The notes under the pieces are model-generated. The model was not told the origin of the DNA and did no database searches. It saw nothing but the letters and a program-made list of their open reading frames with translations. Shown here in pieces: positions 45,983 through 46,095 of a stretch of DNA of 46,095 nt. The stretch covers positions 1 to 46,095 of the forward strand of contig JBGQHJ010000020.1 in the NCBI GenBank assembly GCA_041497895.1. Direction: 5' to 3'. The position numbers and the translations under genes were made by a program. Origin of the DNA: Candidatus Methylomirabilia bacterium. GTDB lineage: Bacteria > Methylomirabilota > Methylomirabilia > Rokubacteriales > CSP1-6. Position 1 is the first letter of the stretch. The number at the start of each line of letters is the position of its first letter.

Positions 45983-46095
45983 ATGAGCCCCACCCGGCGT
46001 ACCCTGCGCGAGATGCGCGGCTTCGTCTTCGACCTCGACGGGTGCGTCTGGACCGGCGACGTCCTCACCCCCGGAGCCGCCCAGGTACTCGCCCT
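45983..46095 (+). CDS. HAD-IIA (NagD-like) hydrolase, 3' truncated by window
   Basis: Manual translation MSPTRRTLREMRGFVFDLDGCVWTGDVLTPGAAQVLA, with DxDG motif I. Confidence 0.8.
   Translation, partial: MSPTRRTLREMRGFVFDLDGCVWTGDVLTPGAAQVLA

Overview
Very GC-rich bacterial chromosomal segment of about 44 genes, with no rRNA, tRNA, CRISPR array or transposase seen. Gene content and palindromic repeats resemble Candidatus Rokubacteria/Methylomirabilota (an impression, not tested). It carries a cobalt-type nitrile hydratase operon (nthB-nthA) whose accessory protein is fused to a Cys-rich thioredoxin-like ferredoxin domain, an atypical class A PBP, an amidase, xth, lhgO, ggt, a class II ribonucleotide reductase (nrdJ) with two LAGLIDADG-type inteins and tandem NrdR boxes, mlaA/vacJ, a class III nucleotide cyclase and a peptide-type ABC importer. 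The strongest hidden signal is at 19747-21354: a trypsin-like serine protease, then a transmembrane helix, then a rhodanese domain whose active-site loop is split by an in-frame TGA (YCT-UGA-PDEDTSAR). The TGA is followed by a SECIS-like hairpin and 60 more in-frame rhodanese codons, so this is a probable selenocysteine-containing protease-rhodanese fusion that the ORF track truncates. Secondary signals are five sigma54-type promoters (three ahead of envelope genes, one facing an apparently gene-less region), several leaderless promoters, and a guanylyl-cyclase-like specificity residue in the cyclase.
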